A stretch of DNA of 64,000 nucleotides from the human T2T-CHM13v2.0 reference genome, Homo sapiens. The DNA lies in the NCBI RefSeq assembly GCF_009914755.1, contig NC_060930.1. The stretch is one strand, 5' to 3'. A program made the translations under genes and the position numbers. The notes beneath the pieces were generated by a model. That model was not told the DNA's origin. It saw nothing but the letters and a program-made list of their open reading frames with translations, and did not search any database. Of the stretch, positions 45,001-64,000 are shown piece by piece; within the stretch, counting starts at the first letter, position 1; each line of letters opens with the position of its first letter.

Positions 45001-46924
45001 TGGTCTATTTGTAGGGCCAACCACTGAGCATCAGATTGGAGATTCTTATGGTGTCCATACTAAGGCCTTTGAAAAGTGATAACTCAGAGAGGTGAATGCA
45101 AGGGCTTTTAAGATGTCTGTGTCTGTACCTGTATCTGTATCTCTCTCTCTTTCTCTCTCTCATTTTGTGGTTGGTCAACATACACTGGCTTTATAGTCAG
45201 GGGAGCTTGGATGTGAATCCTGCTTTGGCAGTTACTGATTGTGAAACAACAGAGAAGTCATTTCACTTATATGAACCTCATGTTTTTTTCTCTAAAATAG
45301 TTATAATAATACCTGTCTCATAACGTTTTTGTGAGGATGAGATGATATGTATAAAGTGCTTTTGTCCAGTGTCTCAAACATAAATAATGGTGGTTGTTAT
45401 TATGATACAGAATTATCAGAGCAAATTTAAATGTATATAATATTTTTAAAGAATACAATTTGTTTACTTTTTCTTTGCAAAACCCTACCCTATATAAAGA
45501 TAGTTTTAAGATCTGTTAAAAGTCAAATATTCCCTATAGAATAGGTTATAACTTTTAGTTACACAGTGCTTGAGACAATGTATTTGTGTAACCTTCTCCG
45601 AAAAGTTTTATAAATAGCTTTCATAGGCCATGGACTTTATTAGGGTCCCAGTCCTAAGGGGTCTATAGAAGCCTGTCTAAAGATTATTTAGAAAGATTAT
45701 AGAAAACTGTTCAGTCCAATGGGTGTTTATATCTGTTCAGACCCTTGCTCTTGGCTTCAGCTCTCAACTGTGGCTTTGTGCCCCTGTTGTTAAGCGCATT
45801 GATTGTAGCCACTTAGAGCTGTTGCTGCTCTGAACAGCATTGCCCAAACAGAATATTCATTTTTGCACACTATTTACTGAGTGTTTAACACAATGTTTTA
45901 CTTTATGTAGAATTTTTTTTGTCACCTAAGAAACAAAACGAGTTTAAATATTTCATTTAAATATTTCCAAAGTCTAGGCCTTCGGCCTTGGAAGTTCTTT
46001 GACGTTGAGTCCTTTGTGTTTTCTTTCAGTTACAATTCAGGTCTTTGAGCAATGAGGTCAGATAATCTTGTTCCTTGCTCTTAGTTCTTCTCTGCCTGCC
46101 CTTTCTTATCTCTCCCGGCCCCTCATTTGTACAGCCCAAATTAGCCTATAGATTGCATCTTTGGTTAAGAGTTTCTCGAAGGTAGGGAACACACTTCTTA
46201 TGTGCTTTCCTCAATGGCTAATTAAGATATTTCGTTCAAAAGTACTTAAAATGAGGACATTAATATGATCTATGATCACATTTTCTGTGTTGGGGGTGCC
46301 AAATACTATTTGCACTGACAAATATGATTAAGCTAAAATGGGGGCTCTTAATTCTGGAAACATGATAATTGAATACTGTAACAGAGATGATGAATAGTAC
46401 AGATTGAAAAAACAGTCTCCCATTACCATTTAGGTTAATCCATCGAATAATTAAATAAAAAATCTCCTTTACATATGGAATAGACAACACATTACTCCAA
46501 GAGATGATATATGCTGAAAAGGGAAAGATTTGAATAAGTATAGAGGAAAGTTGTAGAATGAATAATCAAAGGAAGCCGCATATTTTGAGTGTGTCTCTAT
46601 ACTTTAAGGCTAATGTCAGCCGCCGCCATCTTGGGATCTCTGCCAAGATTGAGCCATCCTACTGGACTGGTAGGACCCTGGCTTTGACAGTAGGGCTGTT
46701 GTTATGTTTTCGGGAGTAACAGAGAATAGAATTGCAGTTTTAATTTTAAAATTATTTTGTCTTTGTCTCCAGCACCCTTCATCATCCTTACCTAATAAAA
46801 CCCCTGTCCTGGTTCATACAACACTTCTTCTCATCCATTCCTGCACCACACAGCTGAACATTATTGCAGAAAAGCACACAACCAAGCCAACTTGTTTCCT
46901 CTCAGTGTATAAGGATGTAGATAG

Positions 46925-50890
<3,966 letters not shown>

Positions 50891-53719
50891 CTCGACATCA
50901 TCTCAGGCTTGTCCTTGGTAATTTTTTTTCTTGCTTCTCTAAATCCATTCTCCAACTTTGTGGGGAGTCTGACCTGAATGAACTGCACTCATGAGCATCT
51001 CTTGTGTTCTCCCAGTTAGAGGCACTATCAGGGTGGGAAGTGGGTGAGGCCAGGGTATTTAGTCTCCAGGCTTCCTGCTGGTTCAACTTAGTCCTGTAGG
51101 GCTGTAGGGCAGCCCCTATACTCTCCAAGGGTAGTAATAGCTTTTTTGCTGTTGCTAGTCCTGGAATCCTATATCATCCTGCTGTTTCTTCAAACCCTGC
51201 TTACTCTTTTTGTAAACAATTCTTTTATTAAAATTTGCTCAGTTATCCAGTTTAAATATGCCATTCACTTCCTGTTTGGACACAGATTGATATACAAATA
51301 CAGGATATTCTAAAGGAACAATTTGGGAAAGCTAAAGAAGATAAAAGAGAATTTGCTTTTGTACAAATTCTGTAAAACAAACTGCAGAGACAAATCAGAG
51401 GAGACTGAGGTTCTAATGCAAAATTCCCAGCAAAGAATGAAACTAGACATCTGCAAGTAGAGAATAAAGCAGGCTGGATTTCAAATGGTCAAAATCCATG
51501 CTGATCTATGCTGATCATAAACATGGAAAGATGAATTAGGATACATTTTGGGGAAGTTTACACACTGATGATGCCCTTTCTGGAAAATTAAGTTCCAGCC
51601 AATCAAAGGTTCATAGAAAGGTGATGATAATAACTCACTTTTTCTATTTCCTTGGCAGTACACCCTCCAGACCCAAAATCTCTTTCATTGTTACATTTAT
51701 TTAGCAAGTGCTGTGATTATTGCATGATATTTATTTGTAAAATAGGATTGACAAATGGGCCACCACTGGTTCACCTGTATCAAGAAAGAGCTCGAAAGAG
51801 GAAGACATCTGTGTAGGATAAATGAGAGGACACTTAGATAGCCAGAGAAACCCAAAATAAACAGAAGGAAAAAAAAATAAACCTGCAATATCGCAACATT
51901 TGGGAAGCAATTTATATACCAACTCTGCAATGGTAGAGGAACTTTTGGGAGAAAAGTTAGCATTCATCTATGATGAAGAGAGCGGGCTGGTTACTCAGGA
52001 AATCAATACAGTCTTTAAACCATGGCATAGTTTTTTAAATAAGTGTGCATTAATCTTGCAGTTGTATTTGCAAGTATGCACAATGCTCATGGATCGAACA
52101 TAAAGAAGAAATTATTGTAATGTCTTAACTTAGTGTTGTACCTAGCAAAGGGCTTTGCATATTGAAAATGCAAGCATTAGTTGAATGAATAAATGAAAAA
52201 AATTAATACACTGGAAAATGAGCACTGACCTAAACTAGCATATCAGTAAATTAGCACTTTTGTTCTCAGTGTAATGTTTTGCTTACTGTTGTTTTGATTG
52301 GGTTCTATTAATTGATAATAGTATTTATTGGGCCTATTAAAGATATATGTTTAGCATCTGTTTACCTTGCTAAAAGTTAATTGGTGGGAATTCAAACACC
52401 TTTTGGATCTATCCCTATAGGAATTACAGACAAATCTATTAATTTGTTAATCATTAATATGCAGCCATTGGACATGTGCATGTAAATATACAAACCAGAT
52501 GCTCATGTTGTCAAGTTATTGCTTGTTTCTAGTTTGGATCCTGAGTTTCCTTGGCCACCCTAACCTGAACAAAAGTGTAGACAACAGAACAGTGAAAATC
52601 CAGTGCCTCTATGAAGTGTACAAGTACCAGATATAGCCCCAAATGGGGCATCTCTGCCATCATCTTTATGTATTTGTAAATCTGCATATCAGAGAATTTC
52701 ATTTTAAGTGGAATTATTAGAATTTTATCAGTGCCTCTATAGTTGGCTTAAAAGCCAATTTTATGACATTTGTGAGCATTGGGTAAGAGGAAAAGAATGG
52801 AAAAATGTATCCAAGAAATATGATAGATATGTAAATTTGGGTGCAACTTTAGGCTTGAGATTTAAAAATAAAACTGGGATCCTATAGAATTTTTGCATAC
52901 TATATAATAAAAGTCTGCAATCTGATCCTCACACATCTCCGTTAACATCTAACATTGGATTTGTTATATTCTCATTGTTTTTCATTGATACAAGTGTTTG
53001 GTGAAGAATTCAGGAACTTTCCTTCACAAATGTTTTATTTGATTTACAGCATTAGAGGCTGTGATATTCCTGGTTAGAATATTTTACTGTTGACATCTTT
53101 AAGTAAAAAACATTAGTTGAATTCCCACAGGAGAATGTGCATCAGCCCTGTGTTAAGCTCTTTGTTCAGACTTATTATTTCAGCTTCCAAAATGTGTTTT
53201 GACTAACCTAATAGTGTGATAAATGCAAGAAGTGTGTGCACAGCTTAAAACATTTGGAAATGCTTCTACTATGTGCTGCTTTTACACTGGGCAGTTTACT
53301 TTCTCTGTAAAAGTATTTCTATTCCACACTCTACTGTCCCATGGGTTTCTGAAAGGTGAGCATGAACTTTGTGGGAATTCTATTTTTGGATTTTAAAACT
53401 GGAGTTGCATGGTAAACAGTTTTTTACTCTTACCTCGTTAGAGTTTTCAAACTTTCTCCCTTCTTGAGTGCACGGACACCAGTTTCACTTGTTTCCCTTT
53501 ATATTTGTGCACACTTCCTAAACTCACAGCACATAAGCCTTCCAGTTAGGTGGCATATTCCTCCTGGATTCTCCATGCTCTTTCATTTCCCTTTTTGACC
53601 TTTCTAATCATCTCCTTTCCTTAACCACTTAGTGGTTGTGAACCTTCAAGCTATAGTTCCATTATCAAGAGAGCCTATATCACCAAGACAGTCTACTCCT
53701 TTACACTCTATATATGCCC

Positions 53720-54310
53720 TTCCCAATAAAGTAGTCAGTAGCCACATGCAATTGTTGAATACTTGCAGTGGGGCTTGTCCATATTGAGATGTGCTGTAAG
53801 TGTAGAATACACGCTGGATTTCCAAGACTTAGTACAAGTGAAAAGGATATACAATAGCTGATTCATAATTTTATATTGGCTATCGTGTTGAGATAATAAT
53901 ATTTGGGACTTATTGGTTTAAATAACGTATGTTATTAAGAAATTAAAATGAGGCCAGTCTTGGTGGCTCACACCTGTAATCCCAGCACTTTGGGAGGCCG
54001 AGGCAGGCAGATTACCTGAGGTCAGGAGTTTGAGACCAGCCTGGCCAACATGGTGAAACCCTGTCTCTACTAAAAATACAAAATTAGCCGGGCATGGTAG
54101 TTCATGCCCGTAATCCTAGCTACTGAGCCAGGAGAATCACTTCAACCAAGGAAGCAGAGATTGCAGTGGGTGGAGATCGCGCTACTGCATTCCAGCCATG
54201 GCGACAAAAAGAAATTAAAATGTATTACTAAAAAGTTTTGTTTCCTTTATCTTTTAAAAATGAGGCTACTAGAAAATGTGGCTCACATTATGTTTCAATT
54301 AGAGAGCATG
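53720..54310. mobile_element. MER33/MER3-like hAT fossil interrupted by an Alu (53952-54207; TSD AAGAAATTAAAATG)
   Basis: TAGCCACATG..TTGAGATGTGCTGTAAGTGTA..ATGTGGCTCACATTAT. Confidence 0.75.
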
Positions 54311-54515
54311 GCTCAATATCAGTCTTTCTCAAATCTAGTTATCCATCAGAAGCATCTAAGAAAGAAAACAATATGTGGCTGAGTGCAGCGGCTCACGCCT
54401 GTGGTCCCAGCACTTCAGGAGGCTGAGGCGGTGGGCAGATCACCTGAGGTCAGGAGTTTGAGACCAGCCTGACCAACATGATGAAACCCTGACTTTACTA
54501 AAAATACAAGAATTA

Positions 54516-54752
<237 letters not shown>

Positions 54753-55039
54753 CTAGTAAATCAGGATGCTGGAATGAGCCCTAGGAAATCTATATTTTTG
54801 GAAGCCTCTCCAGGTGGTTTTGAGGCACTCAGGAGAACAACATTTGAGAACTTCTACCCTATTTGCCCTCTTTTCCCACCTCATGACAACACTTTTTGGT
54901 TTGGGATCCCATATACTGCAGGAAGTACTCTTTTATGTGACTGAATATGGTTGTGGGTAAATCACAAAGAACAAGGGATTACCTGCTTCCTAAAGTAGTT
55001 TTCTTCCCTTAACCTATTTAAATTTATTTTTATGCATTT

Positions 55040-55315
55040 TAATTTTTAATTGACAGGTAAACATTGTATATATTTATGCTGTACAATCTGGTGTTTCAAT
55101 ATATGTGTACATTGTAGAATGGCTAGATCAAGCTAATTAAGCTATGTATTACCTTGCATACTTTTTTTAAAATGGAAAGAACACTTAAAATCTACTCTGT
55201 CAGCAGTTTTCAAGTATACAATAAATCCACTGTCATCACCGTAGTGTACAATAGGTCTTTTCAACTTTTCCCTCCCATCTATCAGAAATTTTGTGTCCTT
55301 TGACCAACATCTTCC
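55040..55315 (-). mobile_element. L1MA-type 3' end fragment
   Basis: TTTTTAATTGACA..ATCAAGCTAATTAA..TTTCAAGTATACAATA..CCTTTGACCAACATCT. Confidence 0.75.
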
Positions 55316-58078
55316 TTATTTAAATGTAGAACTCTTTAAAAAGGAGCTTAATGAATAAAGGTATTTGCATAATGCTGTGGAAAGTCTTCTGATTCAGTTT
55401 GGAGAAGCAATGGTCACTTACCTTTTAAAACTCCACTTAAAGGAGTGAGGGATGATATATTTGTAGAGCAAACCTTTTATTTTAATTTAAAAGATATATA
55501 CAGACATTTTATTATCAATCTTATGATGTAGGGCTAATGTTTTCTTGACATGTTGGTCTGCCGATTGCAGCCCTGCATTACCTTTCTTCCATAAGCAACA
55601 TCTAAAATGCGCCCTTTACAAATTCCATCTCTAGTTTCTTTAAAATGTAGAAAGATCTCTTTAATTAATTAATTAATTTATTTATTTATTGAAGAGATGG
55701 GGTCTTGCTGTGTTGGCTAGGTTGGTCTTGAACTCCTGGCCTCAGCCTCACAAAGTCCTAGGATTACTGGTGTGAGCCACCATACCCAGCCTAGAAAGAT
55801 CTCAAAGTACTTGTGAGGCAATCTGAGTATAGTATTTTCTAGATTATTGTGACTGTTCTATGTTTTTATAATTTCATCATTTAATTTGACAGAAATTCAC
55901 TTTTATTTTTCCAAAGGATTTAACTTAGTTTTCACAGAGATACTTTTTGGTTTCGCTTTTCTGTTTCATAAATGTGCATCTTATTTATTAAATTCCAAAA
56001 GTTCAATAAGTACAATTGTCATAAACAGGTTTGGGAATAAACTTGACTTTTGTAGAGCATAAAACTGTCAGGAACAATATTGTACAGCCCTTCTAAGATG
56101 TATAATAGTCTGCTATTGAGAGCACTTAGAATGTCATGGACATCAGTCTAACATGTTTAACGAAGGAATGGACAGCATGATGAATTAATCTGATGAATCA
56201 ATTCATGGAAAGTCATTAAGAGAAGCTCTACAATAAAAAATAATAATGTAATAATTAATATTTATTGAACACTTACTATGTTGCAGACATAGACACTTCA
56301 TATATAGTAATTCACATTTGACTTACAAACATCCTTTGAGGCATGGTTTATAATTAGCTTAATTTTATATATAAGGAAATTAATGCTTCCAGAGATTAAG
56401 TCACTTAAGGTCACGCAACTTTAAGTTTGGAGATAAAATTCAAACTCAGGCCAGTCTGATCCTAGAATTCACGATACGCTTTTAACTTCGAAAGCCTAAC
56501 CTTGAGGAGAGGGTTCATGTTGTCCTTTGCTAGAGATCTTACTTGGCCTGACATTGATCTATGGGGCTGGGTCAAGGGCACAGACTCTGCAAAGCAAGCA
56601 ATCACCATAACAAATAACTTGCATGTGTGTCCTTGGTCAGTGAGCAACTCTATCAGCCTTTTTAGAATATGATGGAGCAACATATAATTAATATATTTAA
56701 TGTCTTAAACTAATGAATCGATTGAGTGTTTTGAAACAAACTTTACTGAGAATATTATTTGTGCTCGAGCCCAGGCTTCAAAGAGATAAATACATTTTTA
56801 TCCTCATATCTGGACACTCTATCCTGGGATCCCCAAACCAGGTATTTATCATGCTGTCTCCCCTGTGGTGCTTTTCCTTGGTGTGATGAATGTGGCTTCC
56901 TGGCAGGACTGTTTTACACCAGCCTCCAGGCAGAGTCCTTTTAGCTCAAAGAAAAATAAATTGACTTCAGGAAAAAAAAAACCCTGCCATCAACTTTTTG
57001 ATCCTTCCTTTTCCATCTTCTTTTTCCTGACTATGGTACTATGCATACTTCGGTCTTTAGGGATCCATCGCTCATTTCTACAAGAGCATCAAGTGACCCA
57101 GATATGCACTTTGAGTGCCTTTTATATGCTTTGTCACACCCATATTTGTATATGATAATTAATCACCCATGGATCAATCACCTAAAATAATGGCCTAGGC
57201 TACCTCTCCTTCCTCTATGGTTTTCCTCCCAGGGGAAAGCTGTGCAGGTAGCTTTGCCTGGGTGTCATTTGGTAATAAAATATTTTTTCTAGAAGTTTTC
57301 CAGTGAGCTACAAGCATTACAGTGATTTATACTTATTTTCTTGTCTTTGCAAGTGAATAATGGCATTTACTTTCTTTGAAGTATAATTATGCCCAAGGAA
57401 ATAATTCTATTAATTAGGAGGATATGGATTTCTAAGACTTTACTTTTAAATCTTACACATTCAAAATATTTTTATAACGATAATTTTGATCTGAGTGTTT
57501 AAAAAATCAAGCTGTGTAGCTCCTCTTTTACACTGCTAAGAGCAATCAAAATTAGTCTATGAAGTTTTTGGTGCATAAAGATTTCGTGCCACGACAGTGA
57601 GCAACTTTGTTAGATCCTTAAGCTCAGATGGACTTATATTGTTTATTCTGTGTTACTTGAAATTCAAGACTTTTGGCTGCCAGAAAATAAGCAGCTGCCA
57701 CAAGTAAATCCAGAGGAATCAGGAATACTGAAATTTCTTTTCTGTGGAGACCTGTTCTTTGATGTCTCTGAGACAATACTAAACACGAGTTTCACTTAAT
57801 TTCAAAAAAGTTTGCTTCATAGTTACAATCAGCTTTGCAATGAGAAGAGATCTCTTATCGTTTTTCTCTAGAAGAAAATACATTTTAGGATTGGAAATCA
57901 AATTGAATATCAAGAGTGTATAGGAACACTGACATGCTTTTACAGATGAGCAGACTCAAATTATTTTTGAAGGGCACTGGAATTTAAATAATTGCTCACA
58001 TGTGCCTTGTAAAATAAATATTGCTTATGAAGTGTGCCAGCAGTTCTCAAACTGTGGTCTCCACATCAGCAGCATCAG

Positions 58079-58870
<792 letters not shown>

Positions 58871-58916
58871 ATCAGCTTCACCTTAGAAAGGTAAATTCTC
58901 AAGCACCCTCAGTCTT

Positions 58917-60148
<1,232 letters not shown>

Positions 60149-60654
60149 TAGGGAGTGGGGTTCAGCAATCAGAGTTTTAACAATCTGTCTTGGTAATTCT
60201 GTATATTAATATTTGAGAACCCTGTCTCTGACTAATGACCTCTTCTCTGCTTATACCTCATGGTTTCTGCTTACTTATATCTTTTACTGCCTCATTGCTT
60301 TTGCATAATGCTTTTTCTGTCCATAGGTTGTTTTGTTTTATCTTGCTTTTTAGTTTTAGCGTCAGTCCATAGTCTGCATCCCACTCTGTGTATTACTATT
60401 CAAGTTCCCAAAGAGAGAAGATCTGGCATAAAATATGCCAAAGTAAGGGAGATCCCTTATTAGGCAGAACTCTGATATCAGATCCTCTCATTCATTTATT
60501 CATTCATTCATTCATTCACAGCTATTTATTGAGATCATGTCTTTCATATTCTAGACTTTGGAGACACAGTGAAGAAGTTAAACAAAATATTCAGGTATCC
60601 ATTGCTCTTAAATCCTAGTTGGAGGGATGAACAGAAAATAGAGTAAATATTTAT

Positions 60655-60983
60655 GGTCCACAATCTGTTACCTGTGATTCTGAAATTCAAAAAGCTCTTC
60701 AAACTAAAAGGTATTTCCTAACTCATTTGGCAGCAAAATCTGACCTGACTTGAACTCATCTGGCAGCAAAACTTGACCTGAAAAAAGGTGAAGTTATTTG
60801 TAGTCTTTAATTATCTCTCTTACTAGGAATGTCCATGCATTGAAGAAGTATTAATGTTTGATCATGGAGAGCTGCCATGGACCCTGATGAGAGTATGCCA
60901 TAAAGCCTTTATAAAATTTTTTTAAAAATTGAATTCTGAAACACAACTGGTCCTAAGGGTTTTTGATATGAGATGTGGACCTG
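60655..60983. mobile_element. Tigger-family (MER46C-like) non-autonomous element
   Basis: Inverted termini GGTCCACAATC / GATGTGGACCTG; internal direct repeat TGGCAGCAAAA..TGACCTGA. Confidence 0.65.
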
Positions 60984-61979
60984 TTATAAAATGTCAGGGA
61001 GTGCAAAGTGCTAGGAAGAAAAATTAATCAAGGTAAGGGGATAGATAAAAATGGAAAATGCTACATAGATCCTAAGCATGAATGATTGTTATGGGTCTAC
61101 CCAGCATGCATCCAACTCTAGGAGCAATCACTAACATGTGGGCATGAAGAAATATAATCATTTGTAGAAAATAGAAGGACTTTGGCAAAAAAAAAAAATC
61201 CTTCAAGAGGAACTTAAGTTAAAGTCTTCTAATCAGTTCCCACCAAGTAATTCCTTAAATACAATAGAAGATTTTACTAAAATTATAGCCTGATATAGTA
61301 AGATGTGAATGCTTGTAAAGTATGTAGAATTCAAGGAAATGGATTTAAAAAGAGGGAACTGTATCCTCTTATAATGGGGATATAAATATATGTTTAGATA
61401 ATTGATGACTAAATGGATTAATTAGTGACATGGAGAAGAGAGTCTAGGGAGCAAGGGAGTCTGAGTTATCCCTGTGTGTATGCACGTGCATGTGTGTGTG
61501 GCCCAACCAAAGCATATTTATGGCCTTTTTATTATGCAAAAATGGCATATGGAAATCTTCTATGAAATGTTAGTGATAGCATCAGCTCTGCCAACTTTAA
61601 ATTCTGGTGCCACTATTTACGTTTAACATTTTTCTCATGTTACACTGCATGTAATAGTCTTCACCTGCTAGGAAATATTATTACTAAGCTATTATTAGCA
61701 TGTTTAGTATTATAAGTGGTGTCTGACTCTTCTGCCTTTTCTTATTATTTTATCTTGAGTGTATAATTTATAACAATATTTACTGTGCACTAAACTGTCA
61801 TAAGCCCAGGGTAAACTTAGTGAATATTAAAGGATGGCTATGCATCTTTGTCATGAGCTAAATTAAAACTTTTAAGTGATTTCTGCCTATTTGATCTCTA
61901 AAAGTTTTAAATGAAAAGTTATGTTTGGCAAAGAATTATGCATTGATAGCTATGAAATCATAGTTTGGGGGGAAAATAA

Positions 61980-62281
<302 letters not shown>

Positions 62282-64000
62282 GTGAATCTTTTTGTCATCC
62301 CCCTTAGCACATGATCACACAGTCCCTGCTTGATGCTCAAGGTAATAATTGGCTGTCTCCATTTCTTTCTACGACTCCATTTTTGCTCTATAATGAGTAA
62401 AACATAGTATTAGCAAAACTATGTGCTTGTGTTTTCTGAAGCTGTAGAGACTAGACTACTCCTTCAACCTTTAACATATACTGTTATATTTGACCCTCGC
62501 TTTTTCTTTCCCAAGTTGTCACAGAAATGATTTTGTGACAAATGTTTTTGGAGCTTTTCTTCATAGTTCCTGTCTTCTAAACCAATTGCCCTCCATTGGA
62601 CACTGTCTCATTTTGTTTTGTCCATTTGAAAATATAATACCCAGTTGCAGCCACAGCAACCTAGGAGGGCTATGACCAATACAGAACATAGTGACACTAA
62701 AAGTTTCCTATATCTGGAACCATGCTGTTATTTTTGCAATCCTATTATATATTTCCTTGTTTATTGTTTTATGCTGTTAACAGCCTTTGGCACTTTTGTG
62801 GCACCTCACGTGAGCTACTCTGGACCTTAGCTTTTTACATCTTGTCCTACAGATTCACGTTTGATTGTATAAGTGATATGCAGAAACCAGTCTATTTACT
62901 AGTCAGTTGGTAGGTTGATGTGATACAATTACACACAGGAATGGTTCAAAATAACTGGAAAACTTAGGATTACATTAATTATAATTTTAAAAGCAGAATT
63001 TTCATAGTTTTAAATTTTGAGGCGGTAACTCTGCTATTAACAAATTCTCATTGCTTTGCACCCTACATCTATTGATTTTAGAAAATGTCAGTGGAGATCA
63101 TGTTCAAGATACTGATCCCTGAATTAACAAATAATAGCTTTAAGTAGTGTTGATGTATATGAAGTTTTCTAAGTAAAAGACAAAGCACCACATCTTGGAA
63201 CTTGTTTTCTAGAGCTGACCATAAGGATATTAGACATTTTTATTTTAGTTTATGTTATGTTATTTTTTTAAAAGTATGTGGTTAGGAGAATGGGTTACAT
63301 GCTGATTACAGATCTCCATAGCAGACCTTCAGCTTATGAGGTTAGGAGAATGATTTATAAAGTTGACTATAGGTCAGATCATCTTTGAGAAAGCTGTGCT
63401 TTCAACACCACAGGATTAAAAGAAAAAACCAAAAGGAAAAACACTATATTAAAAACAACCCCTCCTCCCAGCTCCTATTCTCAACCCCCACTCTCTTTCC
63501 CCAATATCCTGGTTCATAACCCCGCATAAAGTCAATGCTGGTGACTGATTGTCTTTGCCTCCGTGTGTCTGCTTCCTTCCTTACCATTCTGGTTTTCCCA
63601 GTCTCTCTGTCTATGCTCATTCCTTTTACTCACTCTGTTTTCATCAGGATTATTAAACTGCTTGGGTCTTGCTTTGTGGTCTTTTTGAAAGGAAATTCTT
63701 AGCTACAGCCAAAGACAATGGAGGAAATTTCACTTTCTTGGTCTTAGCACCATATTGCTAGGGAGTTAGTCACATTATGTCATGAAAAATTGGTTGGTTA
63801 CCAGATTTCCAAGACCTCACTCATGGATATAACCCTAATGAAATATCAATGAAGACAAGAATCCAAGAACAGCATGCCAAACTCCCCAAAGGGAGTTACA
63901 TTTTCAAGATAGTAAACTTTTAAAAGTATTGGTAAACTTTTAAAAGTATTACGTATGAGCCTTTTAAATGTTATAATTGACTAGACAGAGTGAAAACACA

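Noticed and set aside
42050-46550. Hidden gene or lncRNA in the repeat-poor AT-rich stretch (also 51300-53700 and 62300-64000)
   Set aside because: No CpG island, ORF, splice pattern or RNA motif I can support from sequence alone.

Overview
Primate (human-type, Alu-dense) genomic DNA. The gene content matches the human SLC18B1-RPS12 locus (6q23, from recall). Two genes diverge about 16 kb apart. On the minus strand are the first five coding exons of SLC18B1 (MFS vesicular polyamine transporter; ATG at 11476, gene runs off the left edge). On the plus strand is the complete RPS12 gene (27591-~30586; 6 exons; 132-aa eS12; 5'TOP start), which hosts SNORD101, SNORD100 and SNORA33 in introns 3-5. 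The rest is intronic or intergenic: about 45 Alus, old and young L1, L2/MIR, ERVL/MaLR LTRs and DNA-transposon fossils. I see no new protein-coding system, and almost every ORF-track entry is an Alu, microsatellite or CpG-island artefact. The most unusual structure is at 519-1845. An AluY appears to have inserted inside SLC18B1 coding exon 5, and the insertion came with a ~350-bp duplication that rebuilt the exon and left a decoy half-exon with an intact acceptor upstream of it. Other notable items are an MLT2A1 LTR with a DUX4-type motif and a splice donor facing RPS12, the atypical position and possible tRNA complementarity of SNORD101, a 108-bp foreign insert inside an Alu, a tail-less Alu, and a twin-primed L1 inside a nested transposon stack. 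Exon and snoRNA coordinates were counted by hand. Repeat boundaries and subfamily names are approximate and come from recalled consensus sequences.
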